From Phycisphaerae bacterium (lineage in GTDB: Bacteria; Planctomycetota; Phycisphaerae; UBA1845; Fen-1342): a stretch of 64,000 nucleotides of DNA. Positions within the stretch are counted from its first letter, which is position 1. Every line of letters begins with the position of its first letter. The stretch covers positions 125,609 through 189,608 of the forward strand of contig JASFQK010000004.1 of NCBI GenBank assembly GCA_050115495.1. The letters run 5' to 3'. The notes under the pieces are model-generated. The model was not told where the DNA came from. It did no database searches and saw only the letters and a list, made by a program, of their open reading frames with translations. The translations under genes and the position numbers were made by a program. Below, in pieces: positions 54,737-64,000 of this stretch.

Positions 54737-56587
54737 TTACATCGTGACCGCCGGCAGGGTCACGGTTTGTCCCACCGCCGGCACGGGGAACGGGACGTAC
54801 TGGCCGTCTCGCCATTGCAGCCAGCGGAAGAGAGGGGAGTCGAGGTCCATGAGGAAGTGGAAGGTCGCTTCGGCGGGTCGGCCGTCGTCGGTGATGGCGG
54901 TGATCTCCACCGCCGCACAGAGCAGTTGGACGCGCTGGCCCTCGGTCGCGGGCGTGCGATCTCGGTACAGGCGGTCCAGTGTCTCGGTGGTCCGACGCTG
55001 GTTGAAGAGGATCTCGGCCATCTCGGCGTGGCTGAAGGGGCTGCCGAGCGGGGCAAAGAACCCGCCGTCCGGGCGGACGAGCAGCGTGGTTTCGTCGTGT
55101 CGTCGGATCTCGATGGGGCGGTTTCCTGAGCCGAGCACGAAGGTCGGGCTCAGATAGGGCTGGTCCCCCAGGAGGCGGGTCAGCGCGCCGTAGGTCAGCG
55201 TGGCGTAGGTCGGCGAGTTCACGATCAGGACGGTTTGGAAGCCGGCGCGCGGGGTTGGTGGGAGGCTGGCCGCCGCCCGGGCGACGGAACGGCCGATCTC
55301 TTGCAGCGCTCCCGGGGTGCGGATGAAATGGAGCGGCGACAGGACGAGGTGAATGAGGAGCAGGGTGAGGCAGAGGGCACGCGTGGCTGCTCGCAGGGGG
55401 AACAGGGCCCGCGACCGAGGGCTCTCGCGTACGACCGCTCCGACGAATTGGGCGAGCAGTCCCATTGCACCGATGCCCACGAACAATAGCAGGCGGTCTG
55501 CGGGATAGGCGGCGCAGGCCGGTAGCAGTGATAAGAGCATGCCCAGGGCCCAGAAACGGGCGAGGCGATCGTGCCGCAACAGGCGGGCGATCGCTGCGGC
55601 GATGAGCGCGAGCACTACCATCGTCACCAGCCACGTGTTGAGGGCCGCCAGCGGCGAGAGCGACCACCGGAGGTCGGACGGGATCAGCCATTGCCAGGCG
55701 AGCAGGTTCGGAGCGCGGGCCAGGACGGCCTGGGCGAACGTTGCGGGTTCTGCACCGGGATCGATGTACCACGCCGAGCCGGCGGTGCCGTAGCCGAGCT
55801 GCTTGTAGACGATCCACCAGGTGACGCCGACGAACACGCAGGGGGCCAGACACGCCAGGCGACGTGTCCGGGTGCTGCGGTCGAGGAAGAGCGCGTACGC
55901 GAACAGGTAGGCCGCGACAGCGACGGCGCTTTCCTTGGAGAGCAGGGCCAGCGCGAACGTCAGCGCGGCCAGGATGGCGCCGGGCCACCAGTGGTCGCGC
56001 CGCCAGCGGTCGTACGCGATCAGGGTCAGCAGTCCAAAGAATACGCTGAGCAGTTCGTTGCGGTTCGCGATCCAGGCGGCGGATATACCGTGGCCGTCAT
56101 CGACGGCGTACAGCAGAGCGGCGAGGCCGGCGGCCCAGGTCGGGCCAAGCAGTCGCCGGTAGAGAAACGCCGCCGCCACGACGACCGCTCCGTACCAGAT
56201 GAAGGAGTGCGCGTGCATGAACGCCGGTCGCTCGGGCCAGAGCTGGTAGTCCAGCCAGTGGGTGAAGCCGGTCAACGGTCGGAAGAACGCGATACGCAAA
56301 TGCTCGTCGGACCACCAGGGCAGGATGCCCATCGACCGGGCGAGCCGATTCGCCGCCGGATCGCCCTCGATGAAGACGAACAGCTCCGCGGCGGAGCGGG
56401 TCAGCATCGGGAACTCGGGGCGGGTCAGCGCGGCGCGATGAAAGTCGTCGTCCAGCAGCCAACCCATCCGCAGGGCGGGCAGGCACAATAGCATCGCCAG
56501 CAGCGCCAGTACCCAGGGCAGATGGCGGTGCTCCAGGCAGCGGCGCAGGCCGGCGGCGATTCGATGGAGTTTGTCGTCGAGCCGCAT
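54737..56587 (-). CDS. Polytopic membrane protein, GT-C glycosyltransferase-like
   Basis: LLDDDF after TM1, FFRPL, WIANRNELL, LLSKESAV, DRLL; about 11 TM plus a periplasmic C-domain. Confidence 0.7.
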   Translation of the reverse strand: MRLDDKLHRIAAGLRRCLEHRHLPWVLALLAMLLCLPALRMGWLLDDDFHRAALTRPEFPMLTRSAAELFVFIEGDPAANRLARSMGILPWWSDEHLRIAFFRPLTGFTHWLDYQLWPERPAFMHAHSFIWYGAVVVAAAFLYRRLLGPTWAAGLAALLYAVDDGHGISAAWIANRNELLSVFFGLLTLIAYDRWRRDHWWPGAILAALTFALALLSKESAVAVAAYLFAYALFLDRSTRTRRLACLAPCVFVGVTWWIVYKQLGYGTAGSAWYIDPGAEPATFAQAVLARAPNLLAWQWLIPSDLRWSLSPLAALNTWLVTMVVLALIAAAIARLLRHDRLARFWALGMLLSLLPACAAYPADRLLLFVGIGAMGLLAQFVGAVVRESPRSRALFPLRAATRALCLTLLLIHLVLSPLHFIRTPGALQEIGRSVARAAASLPPTPRAGFQTVLIVNSPTYATLTYGALTRLLGDQPYLSPTFVLGSGNRPIEIRRHDETTLLVRPDGGFFAPLGSPFSHAEMAEILFNQRRTTETLDRLYRDRTPATEGQRVQLLCAAVEITAITDDGRPAEATFHFLMDLDSPLFRWLQWRDGQYVPFPVPAVGQTVTLPAVTM

Positions 56588-56620
56588 GCTGTGGACTTGC
56601 CTTTTCGCGCCGCGTCGGGA

Positions 56621-57166
56621 TCAACCTCGCAGCGCTTCGGCCAGCGATGGGCACTCGTGGCGGAGCAGGGAGTACAAGACGCAGTCCGCGTATGCGCCGC
56701 GAGAGAAGCACAACTGCCGCAGCGTGCCCTCCAGCTTGTAGCCGCACTTCTCGGCGACGCGCCGGGCGGCGACGTTGGTCACGTTGGTGCCGAGTTGCAG
56801 ACGTGGAATGGGCTTGAGGGCGAACAGGTAGGCGGAGAAGATGCGCAGCGCCTCGGTGGTGTAGCCCTTCCCGCGGTCTTCCCGGCGGAACACGACGAAA
56901 CCGACTTCGTACCCGGACTGGTACGTCGGCTCTCTCATGAACATGATGTGGCCGAGCAGGCGGCCGCTCTTGTCGGTGAAGAGCATGCGGCCCAGGGCAT
57001 CGCTCCAGCCGCCGGTCTCGCTGTAGTGTTTGCGAAACACCGCGGGGCAGCGCAGGTCGACGGGAGCGAACTCACCCATCTCGGCATAGGTGTTTTCCAG
57101 CTTCAGGAACTCGTCCACGTCGGCATCCGTGAACAGACGGAGGATGACGTTCGGGCCTTCCAACAT
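56621..57166 (-). CDS. GNAT family N-acetyltransferase (RimJ/RimL type)
   Basis: VILRLF, EVGF, RGKGYTTEAL, NVAARRVAEKCGYKLEGTLR. Confidence 0.9.
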   Translation of the reverse strand: MLEGPNVILRLFTDADVDEFLKLENTYAEMGEFAPVDLRCPAVFRKHYSETGGWSDALGRMLFTDKSGRLLGHIMFMREPTYQSGYEVGFVVFRREDRGKGYTTEALRIFSAYLFALKPIPRLQLGTNVTNVAARRVAEKCGYKLEGTLRQLCFSRGAYADCVLYSLLRHECPSLAEALRG

Positions 57167-57205
57167 GACGCTCTCCTCGCTTTGGTGATGCTCCCGGACC
57201 ACCCG

Positions 57206-57490
57206 TCACACCGAATCATCGGCCAGGTGAGCCCAGGACGAGGGTTTTCCAAGTGCCGCCCGCAGTTGCGGATGATCACGCCACGCCGGCATGTTCGACA
57301 TGTACGCCAGCACGTCGCGCTCCGCCTGTCGCCGGTCAGTCGCCCGCTTGCTGGTGAGGAAGAAGGCGACCATTTTGTCGAAACGGTCGTCGAAGCGTTG
57401 CAGGTTTCCGTCGGCGTCGACGCAGTGCTCGCAGTAGGGGCCGGTCGGGATCGGCATGCCGCAACTCTGGCACTTGGGCGAATCACCCAT
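57206..57490 (-). CDS. Zinc-ribbon domain protein
   Basis: CQSCGMP...YCEHC...G.L...MPAW. Confidence 0.8.
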   Translation of the reverse strand: MGDSPKCQSCGMPIPTGPYCEHCVDADGNLQRFDDRFDKMVAFFLTSKRATDRRQAERDVLAYMSNMPAWRDHPQLRAALGKPSSWAHLADDSV

Positions 57491-57534
57491 TCTTTGCTCC
57501 TGTGTGCGTTTCGTGTCTCCGGTACTTTGCCTGC

Positions 57535-60069
57535 CTACTCATATTGCAGGGCCCGTGTGATCGTCAGTCGCGCGGCGCGCCGCGCCGCCGGCAGGGAGGC
57601 CAGCACGGCCACGCCGACGGCCATGGCGGCACAGCCGAGCAGCAGCGTCGGCTCCAGTACGTAGGCAATTCGCGCGCCCGCGATCGCCAGGTGCGTGCGG
57701 ACCGCGGCATAGCTGACGAGCACGCCCAGCAGGATACCGGGAATCGTGCTGATCACGCCGATCGCCAGGGCCTGGGCGATGAACATCCGGAAGACCTGCC
57801 GGCGTTTCATGGCGATGGCACGGAGGATGCCGAGCTCACGGGTTTGTTCGAGTGCGTTCATGGTCACGCAGTTCGTGACGCCGAGGGAGGCGACCACGAA
57901 CACCAGCGCCAGGAGCACGCAGGCGGAATTGATCACCCCGGCAATCATCCGGTCACACGTGCTTGTGAAACTGGTCCGGGAATAGACGATCAGACGGTGC
58001 GCGTTGCAGAAGTCGCGCAGACTCCGCTCCACGCCGGCGCGGTCGTCGGGGTCGGCCACCACGTAGATGTACCGGACGCCCTGCATGTCGAAGAGCTGCC
58101 GGGCGCGATCCCACTCGACGAGCACCAGCAGGCCGCCGGCGGTGTATTCCGGCGTCAGGCCGGTGATGCGGAAGGAGCGCGGGCCCCGGCGGGTTTCGAT
58201 CGAGATCTGATCACCGGGTTGGAGTTGGGCACGCTGCGCAAGCCCGGTTCCGATGACGACTTCGCCACGACGCAGGCCGGCGCGCACCTTGTCCTCGTCG
58301 CCGCCCACGATGCGGAAGCCGGGATCCTCGCCGGGCGCGCAGGTGCGGGCGAACACGATGACCTGCTGCCCCGCGGCGCGCGTGGCGAAGACGGTGCCCT
58401 TGCCCACGTGGTGAACGCCCTCGAGATCGGCGATGCGATCCGCGCAGCCTTCCGGCATCGTGACTGGCAGGAACTCCGTGCCGGACAGCGCGGTGGGCAC
58501 CACGAGGAAGTCCAGGTTCGCGAAGGTACGGACCATCCACTCGCGCGTGTTCCGGAGCGAATTGAGTATGGCGTTGCCGAAGCCGCTCGATAGCATGACG
58601 GAGATCAGCAGCACACCCACGACCAACGACGTCCTGGTCGGATGGCGGCGTAGCTGACGGATCGCCAGACTCGCCTCGATGCCCAGAATCGGTCGCAGCA
58701 ATCGCTCGACCACGTGCCACAGCGGTCCCAGTGCCACGGGGACGGCCAGGGCGCTGCCCACGAGCACGAGCGCCATGCTGACTGGCATCAGGATGGCCAG
58801 CGTGGCATTGGACAGGCGGCCGGTGAGAATCGCGATGAAGATCAGGGCGAATACGGTCAGCAGGCCGAGACCCAGATAGCCTGACCAGCGGCGGGCGTGC
58901 ATGGCGCCTGACGATTTCGTTTCGGGCCGTCCGGAGAGCTCCGCCAGCGGCGAACGGCGCCCGGCCGTGCGGGCCGGGAAGTAGGTTGAGAGCAGGGCCA
59001 CGCCGGGACCCACGAGTGCAGCCAGCACCAGCGGCCCCGCTGACAGCCGGAGTTGGGGAACGACGGGATCCGAGAACTGGGCCATCATGCGCGTCATCGC
59101 CCATGCGGCCGCCAGGCCCAGGGGAATGCCGATGATCGTGCCGATGACGCCGAGCGCCAGCGCCTCTGACAGCAGCAGATGTGTGACCTGCCGGCGCGTC
59201 GCCCCCAGCGAGCGGAGAATGGCGAGCGACCGCCGGCGCTCGCCCAGGCTCATCAGGAACGAGTTCAGGATGACGAATGCGCCGGCGACGAGGGACGTGA
59301 CACTCAGGGCGGTCAGCATGAGCTCCGTGTTCGCCAGCGTCTCCTGCGCCAGGGCAGCCCGCGATGCGGGCACCTGGACGGTCAACCCCGCGGGCAATCG
59401 CCGCGAGACTTCCTGCGCGACCTGCTCGCGGTCCGCCCCGTCCGCCAGAACCAGGTCCAGGCTGTTGATCTGGCCTTCGAGCCGATGGAGCCGTTGGGCG
59501 GTGGCCAGCGGCATGATCGCGACGGCGCCGCCGTTGACGGCCGCCACCCCGCGCGGTGCCAGTAGCCCGGTGACCCGTAGCTCGGTGGCACCGGACGGCG
59601 ACAGCAACTGGAGAGTCGCGCCGACGTTCAGGCCCAGCGACTCGGCGAAACCCTGCTCCAGCAGCACCTGCGCATCGTCCGTCAGCAGCTTTCCTCGACG
59701 AACCACGTAGTCGCGGGCGCGATCGTCGCGCGACATCTCGACGCCGAGGGCGGTGACGGGGACGGGGCCGGACGATCCCTGGATCGCGGCGGTCGACTGG
59801 ATCGCCGGGACGGCGGCCGTGACGCCGCTCACGGATTCGAGCGCGGGGCCGATGTCCGGGGAGAAGCCACCTTGTCCGCAGGGCACGACTTCCAGCGCCG
59901 CTTTGCCGGCCAGCGCCTCGAAGACGCCGCGCTGCGCCTGGCGCATGCTTTGCAGCGTCAGGGGAATGGCCACCAGCGCCTGAACGCCGATCACAATGCC
60001 GAGCAGCGTCAGCACGGAGCGTCCGGGCCGGCGGCGTACTTCCCGGAGCATGTAGCGGGTCAGGATCAT
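57535..60069 (-). CDS. ABC exporter permease (duplicated MacB/FtsX-like)
   Basis: RRPGRSVLTLLGIVIGV; ERRRSLAILRSLGATRRQV; second repeat EQTRELGILRAIAMKRRQV; PARRAARL..ALQYE. Confidence 0.92.
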   Translation of the reverse strand: MILTRYMLREVRRRPGRSVLTLLGIVIGVQALVAIPLTLQSMRQAQRGVFEALAGKAALEVVPCGQGGFSPDIGPALESVSGVTAAVPAIQSTAAIQGSSGPVPVTALGVEMSRDDRARDYVVRRGKLLTDDAQVLLEQGFAESLGLNVGATLQLLSPSGATELRVTGLLAPRGVAAVNGGAVAIMPLATAQRLHRLEGQINSLDLVLADGADREQVAQEVSRRLPAGLTVQVPASRAALAQETLANTELMLTALSVTSLVAGAFVILNSFLMSLGERRRSLAILRSLGATRRQVTHLLLSEALALGVIGTIIGIPLGLAAAWAMTRMMAQFSDPVVPQLRLSAGPLVLAALVGPGVALLSTYFPARTAGRRSPLAELSGRPETKSSGAMHARRWSGYLGLGLLTVFALIFIAILTGRLSNATLAILMPVSMALVLVGSALAVPVALGPLWHVVERLLRPILGIEASLAIRQLRRHPTRTSLVVGVLLISVMLSSGFGNAILNSLRNTREWMVRTFANLDFLVVPTALSGTEFLPVTMPEGCADRIADLEGVHHVGKGTVFATRAAGQQVIVFARTCAPGEDPGFRIVGGDEDKVRAGLRRGEVVIGTGLAQRAQLQPGDQISIETRRGPRSFRITGLTPEYTAGGLLVLVEWDRARQLFDMQGVRYIYVVADPDDRAGVERSLRDFCNAHRLIVYSRTSFTSTCDRMIAGVINSACVLLALVFVVASLGVTNCVTMNALEQTRELGILRAIAMKRRQVFRMFIAQALAIGVISTIPGILLGVLVSYAAVRTHLAIAGARIAYVLEPTLLLGCAAMAVGVAVLASLPAARRAARLTITRALQYE

Positions 60070-60815
60070 GGCGACGGCTCCAGTTCCTTCAGCACGTCGC
60101 CGGCGCAGCGGCCGCGGGGCAGCGTCTGCTCGTCCGCGATCCGGCCGTCGCGCAGCGTGATCAGCCGATCCGCCATCGCGGCGTGACCGGCATCGTGCGT
60201 CACCATCACCACCGTCTGACCTTGTTCGTCGACGAGTCGGCGCAGCAGGGCGATGATCTGCTCGCTGTTGCGGCTGTCCAGGTTGCCCGTCGGTTCGTCG
60301 GCCAGCAGCAGCGCGGGGTCGGTGCACAACGCTCGGGCCAGGGCCACACGCTGCTGTTCGCCGCCGGCAAGTTCGCCGGGATGGTGGTCCTTCCGGGCGG
60401 CGATGCCCACGCGGTCCAGGGCGACGCGAGCCCGCTCGTTGGCCTCTGTTTCGGGGACGCGATCGAGGACGAGCGGTAGGGCGACGTTTTCCTGGGCGGT
60501 GAGAACGTGTAGCAGGTTGAACGCCTGGAAGACGAAGCCGACGTATTTCCGCCGGAGCTGCGTGATCGAATCGTCGTTCATGCCGTCCAGCGGGCGGCCG
60601 GCGACGCGCACCGTGCCGGCGGTGGGTTCGTCGAGCCCGCCGAGCAGATGGAGCAGGGTGCTCTTGCCGGATCCGGAGGGGCCCGTGATGGCGACGAACT
60701 CGCCAGGCATGACGCGCAGGTCGATGTCGCGCAGGGCTTCGACGCGGGCGTCGCCCTCGCCGAACACGCGCGTCAGTCCGCACGCTTCGACGGCGACGGT
60801 GTCGGTCACGTTCAT
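60066..60815 (-). CDS. ABC transporter ATP-binding protein (LolD/MacB type)
   Basis: GPSGSGKST, GFVFQAFNL, LAGGEQQRVALARAL, ADEPTGNLD, VTHD. Confidence 0.95.
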   Translation of the reverse strand: MNVTDTVAVEACGLTRVFGEGDARVEALRDIDLRVMPGEFVAITGPSGSGKSTLLHLLGGLDEPTAGTVRVAGRPLDGMNDDSITQLRRKYVGFVFQAFNLLHVLTAQENVALPLVLDRVPETEANERARVALDRVGIAARKDHHPGELAGGEQQRVALARALCTDPALLLADEPTGNLDSRNSEQIIALLRRLVDEQGQTVVMVTHDAGHAAMADRLITLRDGRIADEQTLPRGRCAGDVLKELEPSP

Positions 60816-61345
60816 GGTTGTACCTCCTGTCGGAGCATCTCCTCGCAGCCCTCCAGCCACTTGGCGAAGGCTTCGAGCCGCAGGACGGCGAGGTCCAGCA
60901 GCAGGACGATCTGGAGCGGCTCGCCCGTTTCGCGGGCCTTCGCTCGGGCCTGCGTCACGTCGTGCAGGCGGGCCAGGCAGGCCCGTCTTTCGACCTTCAG
61001 CACCTCCAGCGGCCGGCCGTCGGCCATCCGCCGGGAGAGCATCAGCTTGATGAACGTCTCGTTGCGGACGTCCAGGTTCTGTGGAGCCGGCGTGTCGAGC
61101 CATTCGCGGAGCTGCCGGCGGCCTTCGTCGGTCAGGGTGTAGACCTTTCGGTCGGGCCGATCGTCCTGGCTGACGCGGTCCTGCTCGACGCAGCCGTCCC
61201 GTCGCAGGCGGTCGAGTGTCGGATACACCTGGCCGAAATTGAGCTTCGCGGTCGGTGCGAGGCATTCGTCGTACAGGGCTTTCAGCTCGTAGCCGTGCCG
61301 GGGTCCTTCGGAGAGCAGGCCGAGGATCGCGTTTCTGAGAGACAA
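60812..61345 (-). CDS. PadR family transcriptional regulator
   Basis: LRNAILGLLSEGPRHGYELK, GQVYPTLDRL, RKVYTLTDEGR...WL. Confidence 0.93.
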   Translation of the reverse strand: MSLRNAILGLLSEGPRHGYELKALYDECLAPTAKLNFGQVYPTLDRLRRDGCVEQDRVSQDDRPDRKVYTLTDEGRRQLREWLDTPAPQNLDVRNETFIKLMLSRRMADGRPLEVLKVERRACLARLHDVTQARAKARETGEPLQIVLLLDLAVLRLEAFAKWLEGCEEMLRQEVQP

Positions 61346-61373
61346 TCCGTATTACCTCACTGCCGATGGCGGC

Positions 61374-61439
61374 TTGACATCGGAGCCCCGGGAGATATAT
61401 TGCAAGTATATATATAGCCGGTGTATGCCCCCTCGTCAA
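61374..61439. promoter_or_regulatory. Overlapping face-to-face sigma70 promoters with a central AT-rich operator candidate
   Basis: Minus strand: TTGACG(61439-34)-N17-TATATA(61416-11). Plus strand: TTGACA(61374-79)-N16-TATATT(61396-401). ATATATTGCAAGTATATAT lies between. Confidence 0.65.
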
Positions 61440-61557
61440 GGCAGTTTGTGGGTCGGGAATATTCGGCTTTGGCCCGCCGAATAGCGGATTGGATAGGCGT
61501 GACGCGGGGCAGCAGGGTTGCGCCCCGCTGGCGGCGCGAAGGAAGGAGTGCAGTGTG

Positions 61558-62427
61558 ATGAACGAGCCCGCGAGTCGGGAAGTGCATGAGGCCAATCGGC
61601 GTTCGTGGAACGCCGCCACGGCGGCCCACAACAGCCATAAGCGCGATCAGGCGGGGCACTTGCGCCGCGGCGGGACCACGCTGTTCCCCGAGGAGACGAG
61701 TCTGCTCGGCGACGTCGCCGGCCTGCGGCTCGTTCACCTGCAGTGTAACTCGGGGCAGGACACGCTGAGCCTGGCCTGGTTGGGGGCGGTGGTGACGGGC
61801 GTTGATATCAGCGATGAGGCCATCGACTTCGCGAGGAAGCTTTCCGCCGACTCGGGGCTGCCGGGCACGTTCTGCCGGGATGACGTCCATGATTGGCTGG
61901 CGGCGGCAGGGGAACGCGGCGAGCGGTATGACGTCGTGTTCTCGTCTTATGGGAGCATCTGCTGGCTGTCAGATATCAAACGCTGGGCGGAGGGTGTGGC
62001 CGGCGTTCTCGCGGACGGCGGTCGTCTGGTCGTCATCGACTTCCACCCGGTGGCGCTGATGTTCGACGAGCACTTCCGGCTGGCGTACCCGTACTTCAGT
62101 CCGGACAAGCCGTACAAGTGGGACGACGGCGTGTCGGATTACGTGGGCCGGGCGGGAGCACCGCTGGCACCGTCGGGCTTTGAGGAGGGGGTACGCGATT
62201 TCGAGAATACGCACCCGGCGTATGAGTTTCAGTGGCACCTCAGCGCGATCCTGACGGCGGTGATCGGCGCGGGGATGCGAATCGAGCAGTTTCACGAGTA
62301 CCCGTTCTTCAACGCGGCCAAGCTGTACGAGACGATGCGGGAGGGGTCCGGGCGGCGGATGTACCTGCCGGACGGGGTGCCGAGCGCTCCGCTGATGTTC
62401 GGGCTGGTCGCTGCGCGGGAAGGGTAA
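61558..62427 (+). CDS. Class I SAM-dependent methyltransferase
   Basis: ANRRSWN, HLQCNSGQDTLSLA, GVDISD, YDVVFSSYGSICWL, DFHP. Confidence 0.9.
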   Translation: MNEPASREVHEANRRSWNAATAAHNSHKRDQAGHLRRGGTTLFPEETSLLGDVAGLRLVHLQCNSGQDTLSLAWLGAVVTGVDISDEAIDFARKLSADSGLPGTFCRDDVHDWLAAAGERGERYDVVFSSYGSICWLSDIKRWAEGVAGVLADGGRLVVIDFHPVALMFDEHFRLAYPYFSPDKPYKWDDGVSDYVGRAGAPLAPSGFEEGVRDFENTHPAYEFQWHLSAILTAVIGAGMRIEQFHEYPFFNAAKLYETMREGSGRRMYLPDGVPSAPLMFGLVAAREG

Positions 62428-62537
62428 GTCCGGGCGGCGCTTTGAGCGTTCCAATGACCACGTGAAGAACCGGGCGGGGGCGGGCTCGTATAAGGGACTG
62501 GCGGGGTCGGGATGGGGCCACGCGTTGGAGGCAGTCT

Positions 62538-63749
62538 ATGACGCAGAGCGAGCCGGGTGGTTCGGTGGAAGCGACGCTGAGTGAGCCGAGCGGGCGGACG
62601 CCGAGGAAGCGACGGTTGCGGTTCTGGCTCGTGGTGGCGCTGCTGGTGGTCGGCGTGGTTTGTGCGGTGCAGTACTGGCGGCGGGGGAGGCCGTACGTGC
62701 AGTTGCCGCCGGCGTTTGAGGGGGATTCGACGGCGTTGAAGAGCACCGTGATTGTGCCGACGCTCGATACGCCGGTGCCGGAGGGCAAGAGTGCGGTCTG
62801 GTGCGCGGCGTTCGAGTTGGCGTGGACGCGGCTCAAGGAGGACGTCGTCAAGGATGCGATCAAGGTTGCTGGCGCCGGGGTTGTCGCCGATCGTTTGAAC
62901 GCCTCGACGGTTTCGGCGGACGACCTGACGCCGGAGGCGTACTACGCGACTGCAGGCGTCGTCTCCGAGGCGTTCATCGGCAGCGTGCAGCAGGAACTCG
63001 CGGATCGCTTTCCGGGAGAAACGCCGCCGGAGATGGACCACGAGGACGTGCTGGCGGCGCTGGCGTATCTGAAGGTTTCTGTGCCTTTCACGATTCCGTT
63101 CTTCGACAATACGGCGGAGTTCGTGTTCAACGATGGCGGCGGCGGGCAGACGGCGGTTACGTCGTTCGGGATCCGGCCAAACGATGAGTACGCGTACCGT
63201 CGCCTGCGCGAGCAGGTGCGGGTTCTCTATGCGAAACCGCCGGATTCTCCTTCCGGCGGCCTGGCGAACGGCCGCATGACGCATGCCGAGTTCGCGATCG
63301 ACCCTTGCCGCACGACGGAGCCCTTCCAGATCGTGCTGGCGGTGGTGCCGCGGGGCGACACGCTGGCGGCGACGCTTGCGGACCTGGAGTCGAAGATCGA
63401 GAACTGGTCGCCGAAGTACAATGTTGAGTTCGGATTGCGCGATGTCCTGCTGATCCCGAACACAGTCTGGAAGATCACGCATCACTTCGACGAATTGGAG
63501 GGTCAGAGCCGGTTACTGCTGAACCCCGGCTTCGACACGCTGTGGATCGAGACGGCCATGCAAACGATCGAGTTCAAGCTCGATCGCAGCGGGGCCGAGC
63601 TGGATGCCCAAGTCGGGCTGAAGGCCCGGCCGATTCCGACGGACTACGTCTTCGACCGTCCGTTCCTGATTTACATGAAGAAGCGCGGGGCGGAACATCC
63701 GTTCTTCGTGATGTGGGTGGACAACGCGGAGTTGCTGGTGAAGTCGTAG
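62538..63749 (+). CDS. Membrane-anchored serpin-like protein
   Basis: N-terminal TM; C-terminus QTIEFKLDRSGAEL...YVFDRPFLIYMKKRG...PFFVMWVDN resembles the serpin s5A/RCL/s1C/s4B-5B signature. Confidence 0.55.
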   Translation: MTQSEPGGSVEATLSEPSGRTPRKRRLRFWLVVALLVVGVVCAVQYWRRGRPYVQLPPAFEGDSTALKSTVIVPTLDTPVPEGKSAVWCAAFELAWTRLKEDVVKDAIKVAGAGVVADRLNASTVSADDLTPEAYYATAGVVSEAFIGSVQQELADRFPGETPPEMDHEDVLAALAYLKVSVPFTIPFFDNTAEFVFNDGGGGQTAVTSFGIRPNDEYAYRRLREQVRVLYAKPPDSPSGGLANGRMTHAEFAIDPCRTTEPFQIVLAVVPRGDTLAATLADLESKIENWSPKYNVEFGLRDVLLIPNTVWKITHHFDELEGQSRLLLNPGFDTLWIETAMQTIEFKLDRSGAELDAQVGLKARPIPTDYVFDRPFLIYMKKRGAEHPFFVMWVDNAELLVKS

Positions 63750-63788
63750 CCGTAGAGCGGGCCGTACCTGCCAACCGCTCAGCAAGAG

Positions 63789-63810
63789 GTAGGGCGGGTT
63801 CCACCCGCCG
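63789..63810 (+). repeat. Single GTAG-type REP-like hairpin
   Basis: GTAG-GGCGGG-TTCCA-CCCGCC. Confidence 0.45.
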
Positions 63811-64000
63811 CGGCGTTCTACGTCGGGCGCTGCACGTCGAGTCGGCGGCGTCCTGGCCTGTGAACGCTCGGCGGGCAGAGCCCAATGGTACTAACCTTGT
63901 CACGCGGCTCGTTTCTTGGTGTTTGCTCGTGGTGGTGGAGCGGTGGGCAGCTTGCTGGGGCGTTTCAGCTTGCCGTGGCCTTTGTTTTTGGTTTTCGTGT

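Noticed and set aside
57535..61631. ORF-track N-terminal extensions of the permease (1082 aa) and ATPase (521 aa)
   Set aside because: The extensions overlap upstream genes in other frames; the real starts are the coupled ATGs at 60069 and 60815.

Overview
High-GC bacterial chromosomal window. The protein repertoire points to a Planctomycetota genome, probably Phycisphaerae (inference): an ECF sigma plus Ser/Thr kinase pair, N-methyl 'pilin-like' H-Xn-DG proteins, PEP-CTERM and dockerin-like C-termini, and CxxCGY zinc-finger membrane proteins. Left half (1-36 kb): rsfS, cheX, an ECF sigma/kinase pair, three tandem near-identical prepilin-type paralogs with discrete hypervariable patches, ribulokinase, an 11-repeat Ig-like adhesin, an ALDH7-like dehydrogenase, a GH15-like secreted enzyme, a saccharopine/lysine dehydrogenase-like gene, a PEP-CTERM protein, a papain-like peptidase and an RCC1-repeat protein. 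Middle: a Gabija-type OLD nuclease + UvrD helicase pair, pduO, SRP RNA-dnaX-ybaB-recR (dnaX has an A10 slippery tract), an NhaC antiporter, tatC, tRNA-Phe, tRNA-Ala and a decayed integrase/methylase remnant. Best candidate for an undescribed system: an amino-group-carrier (LysW) operon at 49.2-54.4 kb. Its carrier ends in EDWGQ rather than EDWGE, no LysK peptidase lies in the window, and an N-terminal-Cys (class II GATase/EgtC-like) hydrolase is inserted in the operon. It is preceded by a Lys-rich leader peptide and attenuator that the ORF track misses. Right end: a GT-C-like membrane protein, a GNAT, a PadR-ABC exporter operon, a methyltransferase and a serpin-like protein. Several GTAG-type REP families are dispersed through the window. 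All calls come from reading motifs by eye; no database searches were run.
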